Shown here: positions 27,107 through 37,544 of the stretch, in pieces
How positions within the stretch are numbered: position 1 is the first letter of the stretch
How the letters are laid out: each line of letters begins with the position of its first letter
NCBI GenBank assembly: GCA_963716175.1
Contig: OY970296.1
Span: forward strand, 480,001 to 544,000
Direction: 5' to 3'
Length of the DNA: 64,000 bases
From: an uncultured Armatimonadetes bacterium
GTDB lineage: Bacteria > Armatimonadota > Hebobacteria > Hebobacterales > Hebobacteraceae
The notes under the pieces: model-generated
What the model was told of the DNA's origin: nothing
Seen by the model: the letters and a program-made list of their open reading frames with translations, nothing else
Databases searched by the model: none
Translations under genes and position numbers: made by a program

Positions 27107-28005
27107 TTTGCCTTCAATTCCTTGCGGAAGCTAAAGGTGCGGTCCAGGAAGCGATAGCCCACGTTGGTGTAGCAGAGGGCGGCGCGGTGATTGTCGTGAT
27201 CGGTGCTGATGATGGCGTGCCGGCAGCCGACGTTTCGCATCTCCTGCAGCGACTGCGCGAGCAGATACTTGCCCAGCCCTTGCCCGCGGAATGGCTCCTC
27301 GACAAACAGGTGGTCGCAGAAGCACCACTGCTGAAGCTCCGGCCGCCACGAGCCATAGCCCAGCCAGTTCATGGTGGAGTGGCCCATCTCGCACCCCACC
27401 TGCATCGCCCGCACCGTCACGCCAGGCCCCATCGGGCTTTCTTCATGCCAATCGCTGGAGACCTCGAACTCTATGGGCGGCCTGGCGACGGAGGGTGCCT
27501 CGAAGTCCGGCCACTCGAAGAATACCTCGCTCTCCTCCACCCGGTATCCGGCCATGCCGAACAGGGGAGGCAGATGACAGATGCGCTCGGACAGGTGCCC
27601 GTAGGGAAGATGGTAGGACGGGTACAGGTAGTCCCAGTGCCCGGCAATGATCTCCGATCGCGCCTTCTCCCGCAGCCAGGACTCCGCGGCCTCAAGCAGC
27701 GCGGCCCCCACGGCCCTCTGCCCGGGACGGTAGGCAAGGAAGCGAATCACCCCCGGCTCGCCTTTGACATGCCAGTCCTCTGTCGCGGGCGCGGCCACGC
27801 CCAGATGGACGAAGCCCGCGATCTCCCCGCCGCGCTCCCGGGCCACCAGTATCTCTTCTTGGGAGCATGGCTGCCGCGCCAGCCGCGCGGGGTCGCGGAA
27901 CCAGCCCTCCCCTATCGGCCCGCAGTGCGGCGCTGGCGCTACCAGTTCGTTGTAGCAGCGCGCCACGCCCGCGGCCATGCCAGGCTCAAAAGCAACGATC
28001 TCCAT
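27103..28005 (-). CDS. Double-domain GNAT acetyltransferase
   Basis: QRAVGAALL and FRGQGLGKYL acetyl-CoA motifs; NHRAALCYTNVGY. Confidence 0.85.
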   Translation of the reverse strand: MEIVAFEPGMAAGVARCYNELVAPAPHCGPIGEGWFRDPARLARQPCSQEEILVARERGGEIAGFVHLGVAAPATEDWHVKGEPGVIRFLAYRPGQRAVGAALLEAAESWLREKARSEIIAGHWDYLYPSYHLPYGHLSERICHLPPLFGMAGYRVEESEVFFEWPDFEAPSVARPPIEFEVSSDWHEESPMGPGVTVRAMQVGCEMGHSTMNWLGYGSWRPELQQWCFCDHLFVEEPFRGQGLGKYLLAQSLQEMRNVGCRHAIISTDHDNHRAALCYTNVGYRFLDRTFSFRKELKAK

Positions 28006-28261
28006 CTCAGTTTTCTCCTCCCACAAGGTCGGACGCGCCTGCCTCTCACCACCCGGAATTCCCAGTGGCGTGAAGCAGGCGCGTCAAGGGCTGAGGTCGC
28101 GTTTCTCCTGCGCGCGGCTATGGTTCTGTCGCTGGTCAGCCGCCGGGATTATCCCGGATCAGACGCTGTCGGTCAAGAGGCCGAACCATCGCGCGACGGG
28201 CAGGAATGGAGCGGACTGCGCCCGAAAGGTCTTCGGGGATTCTGAACTGGAAGATCGAGCG

Positions 28262-29467
28262 ATGAACTCCTTGCAGCGACTGCTGTCCTTGAGTGCGGCG
28301 GAGAAGGCGCGCCTCGGCATCGAGGCCACTCCCGCCGAGATTGCCCAGCAACCGGAGATGTGGCGCGACACGGCCCGCCGCTTCGCGGCAGCCGCGCCCG
28401 ACATCCGCAAGCTCCTGGCGCAGATCGGGCTTCCCGGCGGCTCATCGGAGATCATCTTCAGCGGGGCCGGCACGTCGGATTTCGTCGGCCGGTGCGTGCA
28501 GGGCCCGGTCAGCGCCGCGCTGGCCACCCGCGGGATCGCCTGCCCCACTACCGACATCGTCACCCATCCCGAGTACGCCTTCCCCGCCGACCGGCCCGCG
28601 CTGATGGTCTCGTTCGCCCGCTCGGGCAACAGCCCGGAGAGCGTCGCCGCCCTCGATATCGCGGTGGCCGAACGACCGCAGACCCGCCACCTTGTGATCA
28701 CCTGCAATGAGCAGGGCGAGCTGGCGCGCAGGGCCCGCCAGCTCGCGGATCGCGCCTTCTGCCTGGCGCTCGACCCTCGCACCAACGACCGCGGCCTCGC
28801 CATGACTAGTGCTTTCACCTCTATGGTCGTCGCCGGCCTCGGCCTCGCGTACCTATATCAGACCGAGGACTACCTGGCACTGGTCGAGCGTCTGGCCGAT
28901 GCAGGAGAATGCGTCCTCCGGCTCGCGCCCGACATCACGCAGTCACTCATCAAGCGCAGGCCGCGCCGGGCCTGCTTCCTCGGGTCCGGTGCGCTCTACG
29001 GCGCCGCGGTCGAGTCCCACCTCAAGCTTCAGGAGCTGACGGATGGGAATATCATCTGCCTCTGCGACACCTTCCTCGGCATTCGTCACGGCCCCCGCGC
29101 CGCCATTCATGACGACACCCTTGTGGTCTGCTTTCTCTCTTCCGACTCCTATGTCCGGCGCTACGAGCTGGATCTGGTCCGCGGCAATCGCCAGCAGAAG
29201 GTGGGCCTCGCGCATCTCGTGATCGCCGACCGTGCGGACGACGAACTCACCGGTCTCGCCGACGAGGTCATCGCCTACGACCCGGAGGGGAAGCTGAAAC
29301 TGCCGGATCACATGCTTCCACCCGCTGCCACCATCGTGGGCCAGCTCCTGGGGCTGTTCGCCTCCCTGGACCATGGGCTGAAACCGGACGCGCCCAGCGC
29401 CAGCGGCGTCATCAGCCGCGTGGTGCAGGGTGTGACCATCTACCCGCGGGAGCGGCGCGCCCGATGA
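28262..29467 (+). CDS. agaS: SIS-domain sugar-phosphate isomerase/deaminase (AgaS-like)
   Basis: TPAEIAQQP, GAGTS, SFARSGNSPES, AMTSAFT, RHGP, GVISRVVQGVTIY. Confidence 0.88.
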   Translation: MNSLQRLLSLSAAEKARLGIEATPAEIAQQPEMWRDTARRFAAAAPDIRKLLAQIGLPGGSSEIIFSGAGTSDFVGRCVQGPVSAALATRGIACPTTDIVTHPEYAFPADRPALMVSFARSGNSPESVAALDIAVAERPQTRHLVITCNEQGELARRARQLADRAFCLALDPRTNDRGLAMTSAFTSMVVAGLGLAYLYQTEDYLALVERLADAGECVLRLAPDITQSLIKRRPRRACFLGSGALYGAAVESHLKLQELTDGNIICLCDTFLGIRHGPRAAIHDDTLVVCFLSSDSYVRRYELDLVRGNRQQKVGLAHLVIADRADDELTGLADEVIAYDPEGKLKLPDHMLPPAATIVGQLLGLFASLDHGLKPDAPSASGVISRVVQGVTIYPRERRAR

Positions 29468-30132
29468 TCCAGGCCGTGCTGTTCGATATGGATGGGCTGA
29501 TGGTGGACACCGAGCCCATTCACTTCCAGGCCTTCCGCGCCATGATGGGAGAGTACGGCTACGAAATCGTCGAAGACCTGATGCCAGGCTTCGTGGGCTT
29601 TCCGGAGGCCGATAACATCCGCGACCTGAAGCGCATTTACCATCTGGACGCCCCCCCACAGGAGATGGCGGCCCGCCGCTATGCCATCTTCATGCAGCTC
29701 ATCAGGACCGAGCCCTTCAGTGTCTTCGCGGGATTCTGGGAGCTGTCGGAAGAGGCGCGCCGCCGTGGCCTCAAGCTGGCCGTGGTCTCGTCGAGCACCG
29801 CGGAGCAGGTGGAGGTGATCCTGCGTCGCCTCTTCGCCACTCGGCCCGAGCTGGGTGCCCCTGAGGGCTACTTCCAGGCCATCGTCACCGGCGACGACAT
29901 CGCGCGCAACAAGCCCGCGCCGGACATCTACCTGCTGGCAGGGGAACGCCTGGCGGTCCCGCCGGGCCGGTGCCTGGTATTCGAGGACACTCCGCCTGGC
30001 GTGGAGTCCGCGGTAGCGGCGGGGATGATCGCCGTCGGCGTGCCCAATGATTACAGCCGCAATCTGGACTTCCCCGGCGCCCGCGCGGTTATCGGCAGCT
30101 TGCTGGAGGCGGCGCCCTATCTCGACATCTGA
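29464..30132 (+). CDS. HAD family phosphatase (beta-PGM/CbbY-like)
   Basis: FDMDG..VDTE, KPAPDIY, VFED. Confidence 0.92.
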   Translation: MIQAVLFDMDGLMVDTEPIHFQAFRAMMGEYGYEIVEDLMPGFVGFPEADNIRDLKRIYHLDAPPQEMAARRYAIFMQLIRTEPFSVFAGFWELSEEARRRGLKLAVVSSSTAEQVEVILRRLFATRPELGAPEGYFQAIVTGDDIARNKPAPDIYLLAGERLAVPPGRCLVFEDTPPGVESAVAAGMIAVGVPNDYSRNLDFPGARAVIGSLLEAAPYLDI

Positions 30133-30147
30133 AGTGTTGGAGGAACT

Positions 30148-31086
30148 GTGCCGTCCGTCGCCATCATCGGTGAGCTCAACCTGGACCTGATCGTGACCGG
30201 CGCGCCCGGCCTGCCGGAGCCCGGCCTGGAGAAGCTGGTCGAGGGGATGGAGCTAACCCTGGGCAGCTCCTCCGCCATCATCGCCGCCCAGTTCGCGCGG
30301 CTGGGCGATGATGTGCTCTTCATCAGCAAAGTGGGGGGCGATGACTTCGGCCGCCGGGCGCTGGAGTTCCTGCGCAGCATCGGCGTGCCCACCGGCGCCG
30401 TTGCCGTCCAGCCGCCCCTACGGAGCGGCCTGACGATCTCGATTGCGGTCGCCGGCGAGCGCGCCATGCTCACTCAACTGGGCTGCATCGAGGAGATGCG
30501 CTGGCAGGATGTGGACTTCGATCTCCTGCGCGGCCGCCAGCACCTGCACATCAGCTCCTTCTACCTCCAGCGCAACCTGCGCCCGGACATCGGCCGCATC
30601 TTCGCGCGCGCCCACCAGATCGGCCTCACCACCTCCCTCGATACCGGCTGGCCCAGCGGGGGCGAGGTCAACGGCAACCTGGAGAGCTGCTGGCCGCACC
30701 TCGATGTCTTCCTGCCCAATGAAGTGGAGGCGATGCATCTCACCGGGCGCGACTCCGTGGAAGAGGCGCTGGAGGTGTTGGGCCAGCGTGTGCCCACCGC
30801 GGTGGTCAAGCTGGGCGCCAGTGGCGCCATTGCCCGCCAGGGAGAGCGGATCGCCCGGCGCGCTGCCTTCGCAGTAGACGTGGTCGAGACCACCGGGGCC
30901 GGCGATTCGTTCAACGGCGGCTTCCTCCACGGTTACCTGTCCCGCGTCGACCTCACCGATTGCCTCGACCTGGGCCTGGCTTGTGGCGGGTTGTCCACCC
31001 GCGCGGCTGGAGGCACAACCTCACAAGCCACGCTCGCGGAGGCGATGCGGTTCATCCACACCGCCCCACGGCGGGCCGCGGCGTAG
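30148..31086 (+). CDS. PfkB family carbohydrate kinase
   Basis: VGGDDFG, PNEVEA, VKLG, TTGAGDSFNGG. Confidence 0.92.
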   Translation: MPSVAIIGELNLDLIVTGAPGLPEPGLEKLVEGMELTLGSSSAIIAAQFARLGDDVLFISKVGGDDFGRRALEFLRSIGVPTGAVAVQPPLRSGLTISIAVAGERAMLTQLGCIEEMRWQDVDFDLLRGRQHLHISSFYLQRNLRPDIGRIFARAHQIGLTTSLDTGWPSGGEVNGNLESCWPHLDVFLPNEVEAMHLTGRDSVEEALEVLGQRVPTAVVKLGASGAIARQGERIARRAAFAVDVVETTGAGDSFNGGFLHGYLSRVDLTDCLDLGLACGGLSTRAAGGTTSQATLAEAMRFIHTAPRRAAA

Positions 31087-31141
31087 GGGCGCAATTCATT
31101 GCGCCCAGAGGACGGCTGGGCGTGATGAATCACACCCCTAC
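31083..31141. repeat. Inverted GTAG-type REP pair (REPIN-like)
   Basis: GTAGGGGCGCAATTCATTGCGCCC ... GGGCGTGATGAATCACACCCCTAC. Confidence 0.8.
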
Positions 31142-31219
31142 AGGTCTCTGTTGCCCTGCTGCTCGTTCTCCATTAGAATGTCACCAGTCCTGCGCAAGCG
31201 CGCGGCAAGGGGCGGTGCT

Positions 31220-32488
31220 ATGCAAGCCATCTTCCTCATCATTGGCATACTGGTCGGGGCAGCGGTGGGGTGGTTGTGGGCGAACTGGCGCGGGGCGGGG
31301 CGCCTGCAGGCCGAACGGGAGCGACTCGGGGCGGCTCAGGCCGAGGCCGAGACGAGGGCGCAGGCCGAGCGCGAGCAGCGCGTCGCCGCCGAGACCCGGC
31401 TTCAAGAGGTGGGAAAGCAGCTCACCGATCGGGACACTCTGATCGCTGCGGCAAAACAACAGCTTGCTGACACCTTCAGAGCGTTGTCTTCTGATGCCCT
31501 GCGCGACAACAGCCAGGCCTTCGTGGAGCGAGCGGAGCAGTCTCTCGAACCGGTGAGGGAGACGCTGAGGCGCTACGAAGACCAGATACGCTCACTGGAA
31601 GGGCTCAACCGAGAGGTCTATGGGAACATCAGCCGCCAAGTGACAAGTCTGCTAACGAGCGAGCAGCAGTTGCAGCGAGAGACGGTTAACCTCGTCAACG
31701 CGTTACGACGGCCGCATGTGCGCGGTAAGTGGGGCGAGTTGACCTTGCATCGCGCGGTTGAACTGGCAGGGATGTCAGAGCACGTAGACTACCTTGAGCA
31801 AGTGACCTCTTCGGCCGACAGCGGGAGGATCCGGCCCGACATGGTCGTCACACTTCCGAACGGAAGGCAGGTGCTGGTGGATGTAAAGACTCCCCTTGAC
31901 GCCTATCTCACCGCGTTGGAAGCCAGCTCGGAAGAGGAACGAAAGGCCTGTCTATTGCGGCACTGCCAGCAGATTCGCCAGCATATGAACGCATTGGCAG
32001 GCAAGTCGTATTGGGAAGGGTTCAGATCGGCTGCTGATTTCGTGGTGATGTTCATACCGGGCGAGTCCTTCCTCTGCGAAGCGGCCGCCAGCGACCCGGC
32101 CCTGCTGGATGACGGCGCACAGAAGAACGTCATCCTTGCAACTCCCACTACTTTCATTGCCCTGTTGCGAGCCATAAACTTGGGCTGGAGGGAGGAAAGG
32201 CTCGCCAAGAACGCTGAGAAGATCAGTGAAGCGGGCCGACAGCTTTACGACGGGGTTCGCACTTTCACTGATCATCTTCTGGAGGTGGGCCAAAGGCTAG
32301 ACACTGCTGCCAAGTCATATAACAAGGCGATTGCCTCGCTCATGAGCCGCGTCTTACCGAGGGCACGCAGGCTCCGGGAACTGGACGCCGGAACCGGCGC
32401 GGATTTGCCGGAACCGGCGCTGATAGAGACTCAAGTCCGGTATCTGGAGAGACCAGAGGAGCCAGAGGAGCCCGCACAAGGCCCGTGA
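31220..32488 (+). CDS. rmuC: DNA recombination protein RmuC
   Basis: N-terminal TM and coiled coil; RGKWGE, RPDMVV.LP, VDVK, DFVVMFIPGE, TPTT. Confidence 0.93.
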   Translation: MQAIFLIIGILVGAAVGWLWANWRGAGRLQAERERLGAAQAEAETRAQAEREQRVAAETRLQEVGKQLTDRDTLIAAAKQQLADTFRALSSDALRDNSQAFVERAEQSLEPVRETLRRYEDQIRSLEGLNREVYGNISRQVTSLLTSEQQLQRETVNLVNALRRPHVRGKWGELTLHRAVELAGMSEHVDYLEQVTSSADSGRIRPDMVVTLPNGRQVLVDVKTPLDAYLTALEASSEEERKACLLRHCQQIRQHMNALAGKSYWEGFRSAADFVVMFIPGESFLCEAAASDPALLDDGAQKNVILATPTTFIALLRAINLGWREERLAKNAEKISEAGRQLYDGVRTFTDHLLEVGQRLDTAAKSYNKAIASLMSRVLPRARRLRELDAGTGADLPEPALIETQVRYLERPEEPEEPAQGP

Positions 32489-32500
32489 CGGCCGTGGTTC

Positions 32501-32526
32501 GTAGGGGAGCCCCTCTGCGGGCTCCC
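32501..32526 (+). repeat. GTAG-type REP
   Basis: GTAGGGGAGCCCCTCTGCGGGCTCCC. Confidence 0.7.
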
Positions 32527-32568
32527 GGCCGGAGCGTGAGGGCGGCAGATAAGCTCCTGCCGCACGGG

Positions 32569-33360
32569 TCAGGAACCGATCCCTTCGGAAGCGCCGGCCA
32601 CTTGGCGTTTGACCTTCTCCCTGCCGGCCGCCAGAGCCTTCTTGATGTCGGCCTGGGAGAGAGCCGTGAAGCCGGAAACCGCTAGGTCCTTCTCAATTGC
32701 CTTGGCAGTGGCTTCGTAGAGGTTCTCCAGCGCGTTCATCACGGCCTCTAGGTGCGTCCCATAGAGACGCCCTAGCTCTTGGTCCGTTCGTGTCTGTACC
32801 TTGATCCTCCAGGAAGAGAAGCTAGAGAACGCCTCCCAGAACGCAAACTGCACCCGGGCGGCAAGAATCACCGGATTCGAGTGCACGAAGCGGGCCAGCT
32901 CGACTAGGCGCGTATCCGTGCGCCGCGCGTCTTCCCGCTGGACATCAAGATCCGGGGTACTGGGCTCTTCGAAGAACCGAGGCGAGCAGTGCTGGTTCTT
33001 GGGCCACCGCAGGAGTTCAAGGCCGGTCTGTATCAACGGGAGCTCGTGGACCAGTTCGGCTAGGCACCGCATAAGTTCGCCGTACGCTGCGATTCTCTGC
33101 GCTAGCAGCAACTCCTGAAGGCGCTCCCTCCTCAGTCGGCGATGCCGCAGCAGATCGGCCAACAACATCATGCCTCCCGTTAGGAGGCTGCCCACTAACA
33201 CGCCGACGAATGCGCTCCAGCCCGCCGGAATGTCTCTTAGGTCTCGCGGCGGTGCCGCCGTGTTCACTCCATGCCCTGCAACTCTCCCCGCGTCACAAAA
33301 GGGGGGCGCTAGCAGCAGGAGCAAGTAGCTCATCGCAAGGACCACACGCCATCTTCTCAT
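32569..33360 (-). CDS. Hypothetical membrane protein
   Basis: GGAGG RBS, two hydrophobic N-terminal segments and a helical C-terminus; lower GC than flanks. Confidence 0.6.
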   Translation of the reverse strand: MRRWRVVLAMSYLLLLLAPPFCDAGRVAGHGVNTAAPPRDLRDIPAGWSAFVGVLVGSLLTGGMMLLADLLRHRRLRRERLQELLLAQRIAAYGELMRCLAELVHELPLIQTGLELLRWPKNQHCSPRFFEEPSTPDLDVQREDARRTDTRLVELARFVHSNPVILAARVQFAFWEAFSSFSSWRIKVQTRTDQELGRLYGTHLEAVMNALENLYEATAKAIEKDLAVSGFTALSQADIKKALAAGREKVKRQVAGASEGIGS

Positions 33361-33413
33361 CGCCCCTCCTCTCGCTTCCGCAAGGGATCCTTCCATCTTC
33401 CGGCCCGGCTGGT

Positions 33414-34256
33414 CTATCCCTCGAAATCCACAGCGATCTCTTTCGCCAGCCCCATCACATATCTCCGCGCCTGATCGTACTCCTCCGCGGTCTCCAGGTG
33501 CTCCAGCAGCACCGGCGGCTGGTGGGGTAGCTTCTGAACCTCCAACAGATGAGTCTTGATGTCGAATCCGCCCTGCCCCACCATCACCTCGTCCAGATGC
33601 ACGGTGAGCTTCTGGTCCAGCCGCACGTCCTTGAGATGGCAGCACAGGATCTGCGGGCCGAGTTTGGCAAAGCACTCGCGGATCAGCGCAGCGTTGTCGT
33701 AGTAGCGCCGCGGGCTGTTGACGATATTCACCACGTCCAGGTGCACGCCGAAGGCGGGCCGGCCAATAGCTTTGACCAGATCGAGATAGGAATCGGGGCT
33801 GTCCGGGATCGCCCAGGGCATCATCTCATAGGTCAGCTTAGCCCGCTTCGGACGCACCGCGTCGACGATCTCGCGGGCATTGGCCACCGCCAGGTCGAAG
33901 GTGTCCTGAGAGAAGTTGTGGGGGTGGTGGCCAGCCCAGTAATCGGCGTCGCGAGAGCCGGCGATGTTCACGCAGCAGAGCGCGCCGACCGCATCCGCCA
34001 ACGCCAGAGCGCGCTTCATCCCCTCCAGGTTGGCGGCGCGCTTCGCCTCATCCGGGTCCATCAGGTTGTTCCACACTCCCACTTCCGCGATCACCACATC
34101 GTGCTTGGCGAACGCCTCCCGCACCGCGCGAGTCCCTGACTGGTCCTCGGGGTCGAGATGGGGGCAGTAGGCCGCCCGGTAGCCGAGCGCGCGGTGGGCG
34201 CGGGCAAGCTCCTCCGGGTCGGCTGTGTCAACGAAGACCGGTCCACCTAGTCTCAT
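33414..34256 (-). CDS. Sugar phosphate isomerase/epimerase (TIM barrel)
   Basis: MRLGGP, EVGVWNN, EMMPW, HLDVVN, HLKD, LEHL. Confidence 0.9.
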   Translation of the reverse strand: MRLGGPVFVDTADPEELARAHRALGYRAAYCPHLDPEDQSGTRAVREAFAKHDVVIAEVGVWNNLMDPDEAKRAANLEGMKRALALADAVGALCCVNIAGSRDADYWAGHHPHNFSQDTFDLAVANAREIVDAVRPKRAKLTYEMMPWAIPDSPDSYLDLVKAIGRPAFGVHLDVVNIVNSPRRYYDNAALIRECFAKLGPQILCCHLKDVRLDQKLTVHLDEVMVGQGGFDIKTHLLEVQKLPHQPPVLLEHLETAEEYDQARRYVMGLAKEIAVDFEG

Positions 34257-34374
34257 CTCACTCCTCCCATCCCCTGGCTTCCGCAAAGCTCCCCTCTGCC
34301 CTGCACGGCGCCGCTCTGGGCCCAGGCAGGAGGCTGCTGACTTGGTCCCGAACTCTGCGGCCGGAGGAACGCGC

Positions 34375-35992
34375 ATGCAAGCTTGGCTGTCCAGTTCATT
34401 GGTTCGCCACTATCCCGGGTCGCGGCCCCGAAAGCGCAGCAGCCCTCGACCCGGGCGGCGGGCAGGCCTCACGCTCCACGCCGCGCGGGGAGAGCGTTTC
34501 GTTTCAGGCTGCGTTCCGCAGCGATGATCGAGACCTCAAGGTTCGCGCCTCCGCGAGCTCACGGGAGCCGGTGGCAGTGCGAGTGCGGCGCGTCGGCTAC
34601 GTGCCGCTGGCTCACTTCTCCACAGAGACGCCGCCGGAGGAACTGGAGGGCCTGGGGTATCTGCCCGGCCTGGCGCCGGATCCGCTCTTCCCAGAGTCGG
34701 AAATCCATGCGGGACCATACGAGACCAACGCCTTCTGGATCAACGCCGATGTGCCGGCCGATACCCGCCCGGGCCCCTATCCAATCAGCGTGACCCTGTC
34801 GGCGGAGGGCGAGGAGACGCAGACACTGACCGCGACGGTGAGAGTCCACCGCGGGGTGCTGGCCCTGCGCCGCGACTTTCCCGTCACCCACTGGTTCTAC
34901 GCCGACGCGCTCTGCGACTGGTATAAGACTGCGCTCTGGCAGGAATCGTTTTGGCCCCTCCTCGATGCCTATCTCCGGGACCTGGCGCTTCATAACCTGG
35001 ATACCACCCACATTCCTGCTTTCACTCCACCCACCGACGGGGTGAAGAGGCCCACCCAACTGCTGGGAGTGAGCCGTCAGGACGACCGCTACCTCTTCGA
35101 CTGGACCCTGGTGCGCCGCTGGATCAGGGCGGCCCGGGCCCAAGGCCTGTCACACGTCGAGTGGAACCACCTCTTCACCCAGTGGGGTGCGAAATGCGCC
35201 ATCCGCGTCTACCAGGGCCATGGCGAGGACGAGAAGCTGCTCTGGGCGCCCGAGACGCCGGCCGTTTCGGCCACCTACCGCGGCTTCCTGGCCCAGTACC
35301 TGCCCCAGCTCCGGCGCTTCCTGGAGGAGGAAGGGCTGACGGAAAGCAGCTTCTTCCACCTCTCGGACGAGCCGCATGGGGAGGAGCACCTCGCCAGCTA
35401 CCGCGCCGCCCGCCAGATGCTGCGCGAGCTGGCGCCCTGGATGAAGGTGATGGACGCGCTCTCTCAGATTGAGTTCGCGCGCGAGGGGCTGACCGACGTC
35501 CCCATCCCGATTCTCGACGAGGCGCCGCAGTTCGTGCGAGAGGGCTTCCCGGCCTGGGCTTACTTCTGCTGCGGCCCCCGCGGCCGCTACCTGAACCGCC
35601 TCCTGGATACGCCCCTGCAGAAGATTCGCATGGCCGGCTGGCTTTTCTACAGGAACCGCGCCCGTGGCGTCCTCCACTGGGGGTACAACTACTGGTACAA
35701 GTCGCAGACCAGAGAGCTGATTGACCCCTATCAGGTGAGCGACGCGCTGGCCTGGCCCAGTTGGGCCTCAGGCGACCCCTTCCAGGTCTACCCGGGGAAG
35801 GCCGGGCCGGTGGACTCGATGCGATGGGAGGTGTGGGGGGAGAGCCTCCAGGATTACGGGCTGCTGCAGACGGCCGGTCTTGATCCTGATGACGCTCTGC
35901 TCGCGGACATCCGGGACTATGCCGATTTTCCGAGAGACGCAGGATGGATCAGCTCGCGCCGGAGACATTTGGTCTCCCGGCTGGGCGCGTAG
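34375..35992 (+). CDS. DUF4091 (GH123-like) glycoside hydrolase (apparent frameshift near 34496)
   Basis: GGAGG then ATG 34375; AARGER continues as SFQAA in the next frame; SDEP, WAYFCCGP, LHWGYN, GDPFQVYPG, SMRWE. Confidence 0.8.
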
Positions 35993-36040
35993 CCAGGCAG
36001 AGATGGTGGTCAGCAGCGCGATGATGTTTGTGCAAAAGGC

Positions 36041-36070
36041 TTGACGCGACCGGGCGGCGCCGCCTATAAT
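36041..36070 (+). promoter_or_regulatory. Sigma70 promoter
   Basis: TTGACG-N18-TATAAT. Confidence 0.7.
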
Positions 36071-36173
36071 TGCGTCTGCCGTATCCAACAGGAGCCTGGG
36101 GCGGGCGGTTCCGTGTTCAACGGGGCGGCCATCGTTCCGTGTCCCTGAACTGTCCTGCATCCAAAGGGGTCAG

Positions 36174-36788
36174 ATGGCGGACAAACAGAGCGAGGAAAAG
36201 GATCTTCTGGAGCCGGTCGAACCGGGCACGCTCTTGCAGCAGTTGAAGCTCACCACCGGCAAGGCCGCGCAGTTCTGCGGCGTCTCGCGACGACAGCTCT
36301 GCTACTGGACGGACACTGGCATCGTCTCCTCCCTGGAGAGCGAGGAGGAGGACGCCAGCGACGACGCCGGGCGGCGCTCCTACGATTTCGAGTCCTTGCA
36401 CCGGGTGCTTCTCATACAGCAGGCGCTGAAGCACCAGCCGGGGCTGCGCCGCGCTGCTCGCGAGGTGGAGCAGCATATCGCCGCCCGACGGCGGCGGGGG
36501 GAGGAACTCGCCACCTCTATCGAGCAGAAGCGAGAGGATTTCCTGACCGAACAGGCCGACTTGCTGGAGGGCCTGGCCGGCAGGATCCGGGAGCATCTGC
36601 CTCGAGTCCAGAACCGGGAGCGAGTGCTGGAGCTGTACCGGGGCCTGGAATGGCTGTCCCGTCTCGCCGACCGGGTGCTGGCGGGAGAGCTGCTGCTGGA
36701 GGAGGACCCGCAAGCCTGTCTGCGGTTGGCCTCGCTCATCGAGCAGGCGCAGGCCAAGCTGGAGGGCCTGGACTCGGGCGGCCTCTGA
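36174..36788 (+). CDS. MerR family HTH transcriptional regulator
   Basis: TTGKAAQFCGVSRRQLCYWTDTGIV..GRRSY, followed by a coiled coil. Confidence 0.85.
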   Translation: MADKQSEEKDLLEPVEPGTLLQQLKLTTGKAAQFCGVSRRQLCYWTDTGIVSSLESEEEDASDDAGRRSYDFESLHRVLLIQQALKHQPGLRRAAREVEQHIAARRRRGEELATSIEQKREDFLTEQADLLEGLAGRIREHLPRVQNRERVLELYRGLEWLSRLADRVLAGELLLEEDPQACLRLASLIEQAQAKLEGLDSGGL

Positions 36789-36812
36789 CGCGGGGGGCAG
36801 CGGGCGCCGGTC

Positions 36813-37544
36813 ATGAGCCAAGTCCGTATCGGCACCTCCGGCTGGACCTATGACGACTGGAAAGGTGTGTTCTACCCGCCGGGGCTCTCGCCGCGGCGCT
36901 GGTTGGAGCACTACGCCCAGGAGTTCGATACCGTCGAGGTGAACGCCACCTTCTACCGCCTGCTGCCGGAGAGCGCCTTCGCCGGCTGGGAGAGCCGGGT
37001 GCCCGAGGGCTTCCTCTTCGCCCTGAAGGCCTCGCGCCCCATCACTCACCTGAAGAAGCTGGCCGACGCGGAGGAAGAGCTCTCCCGCTTCCTGGCCCGA
37101 GCCGAACTCCTCTCCCATCGCCTCGGTCCCCTCCTCTTCCAGTTGCCGCCGCAGTGGCCGGTGGACGCGGCGCGCCTGGAAGCCTTCCTCTCGCTGCTGC
37201 CGACGCGATTTCGCTGCGCCTTCGAGTTCCGCGACCCGAGCTGGCTCACCGAGCCCGTGTATGCGGCGCTGCGCAAGCGCGGCGCGGCCCTGGTCCGGGT
37301 CTCCGCCCCGCACTTCCCGGATGCCGATGTCGTCACCGCCGATTTCAGCTACCTGCGCATGCACGGAGACCAGCGCACCCATGCCTCTAAGTACTCGGCG
37401 CCGACCCTGACCCTGTGGGCGCGGGCGATCGCGGGGTGGGCGGCCGCAGGGCGCGACGTATTCGTCTACTTCAACAACGACCTTCACGGCTACGCGGTGG
37501 AGGACGCGCGCGCCCTGCGGCGACTCGTGGCACAGCAATGCTGA
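36813..37544 (+). CDS. DUF72 (YecE-like) protein
   Basis: IGTSGW.Y..W.G.FYP, EVNATFY, LFQLPP, EFR, YFNND. Confidence 0.93.
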   Translation: MSQVRIGTSGWTYDDWKGVFYPPGLSPRRWLEHYAQEFDTVEVNATFYRLLPESAFAGWESRVPEGFLFALKASRPITHLKKLADAEEELSRFLARAELLSHRLGPLLFQLPPQWPVDAARLEAFLSLLPTRFRCAFEFRDPSWLTEPVYAALRKRGAALVRVSAPHFPDADVVTADFSYLRMHGDQRTHASKYSAPTLTLWARAIAGWAAAGRDVFVYFNNDLHGYAVEDARALRRLVAQQC

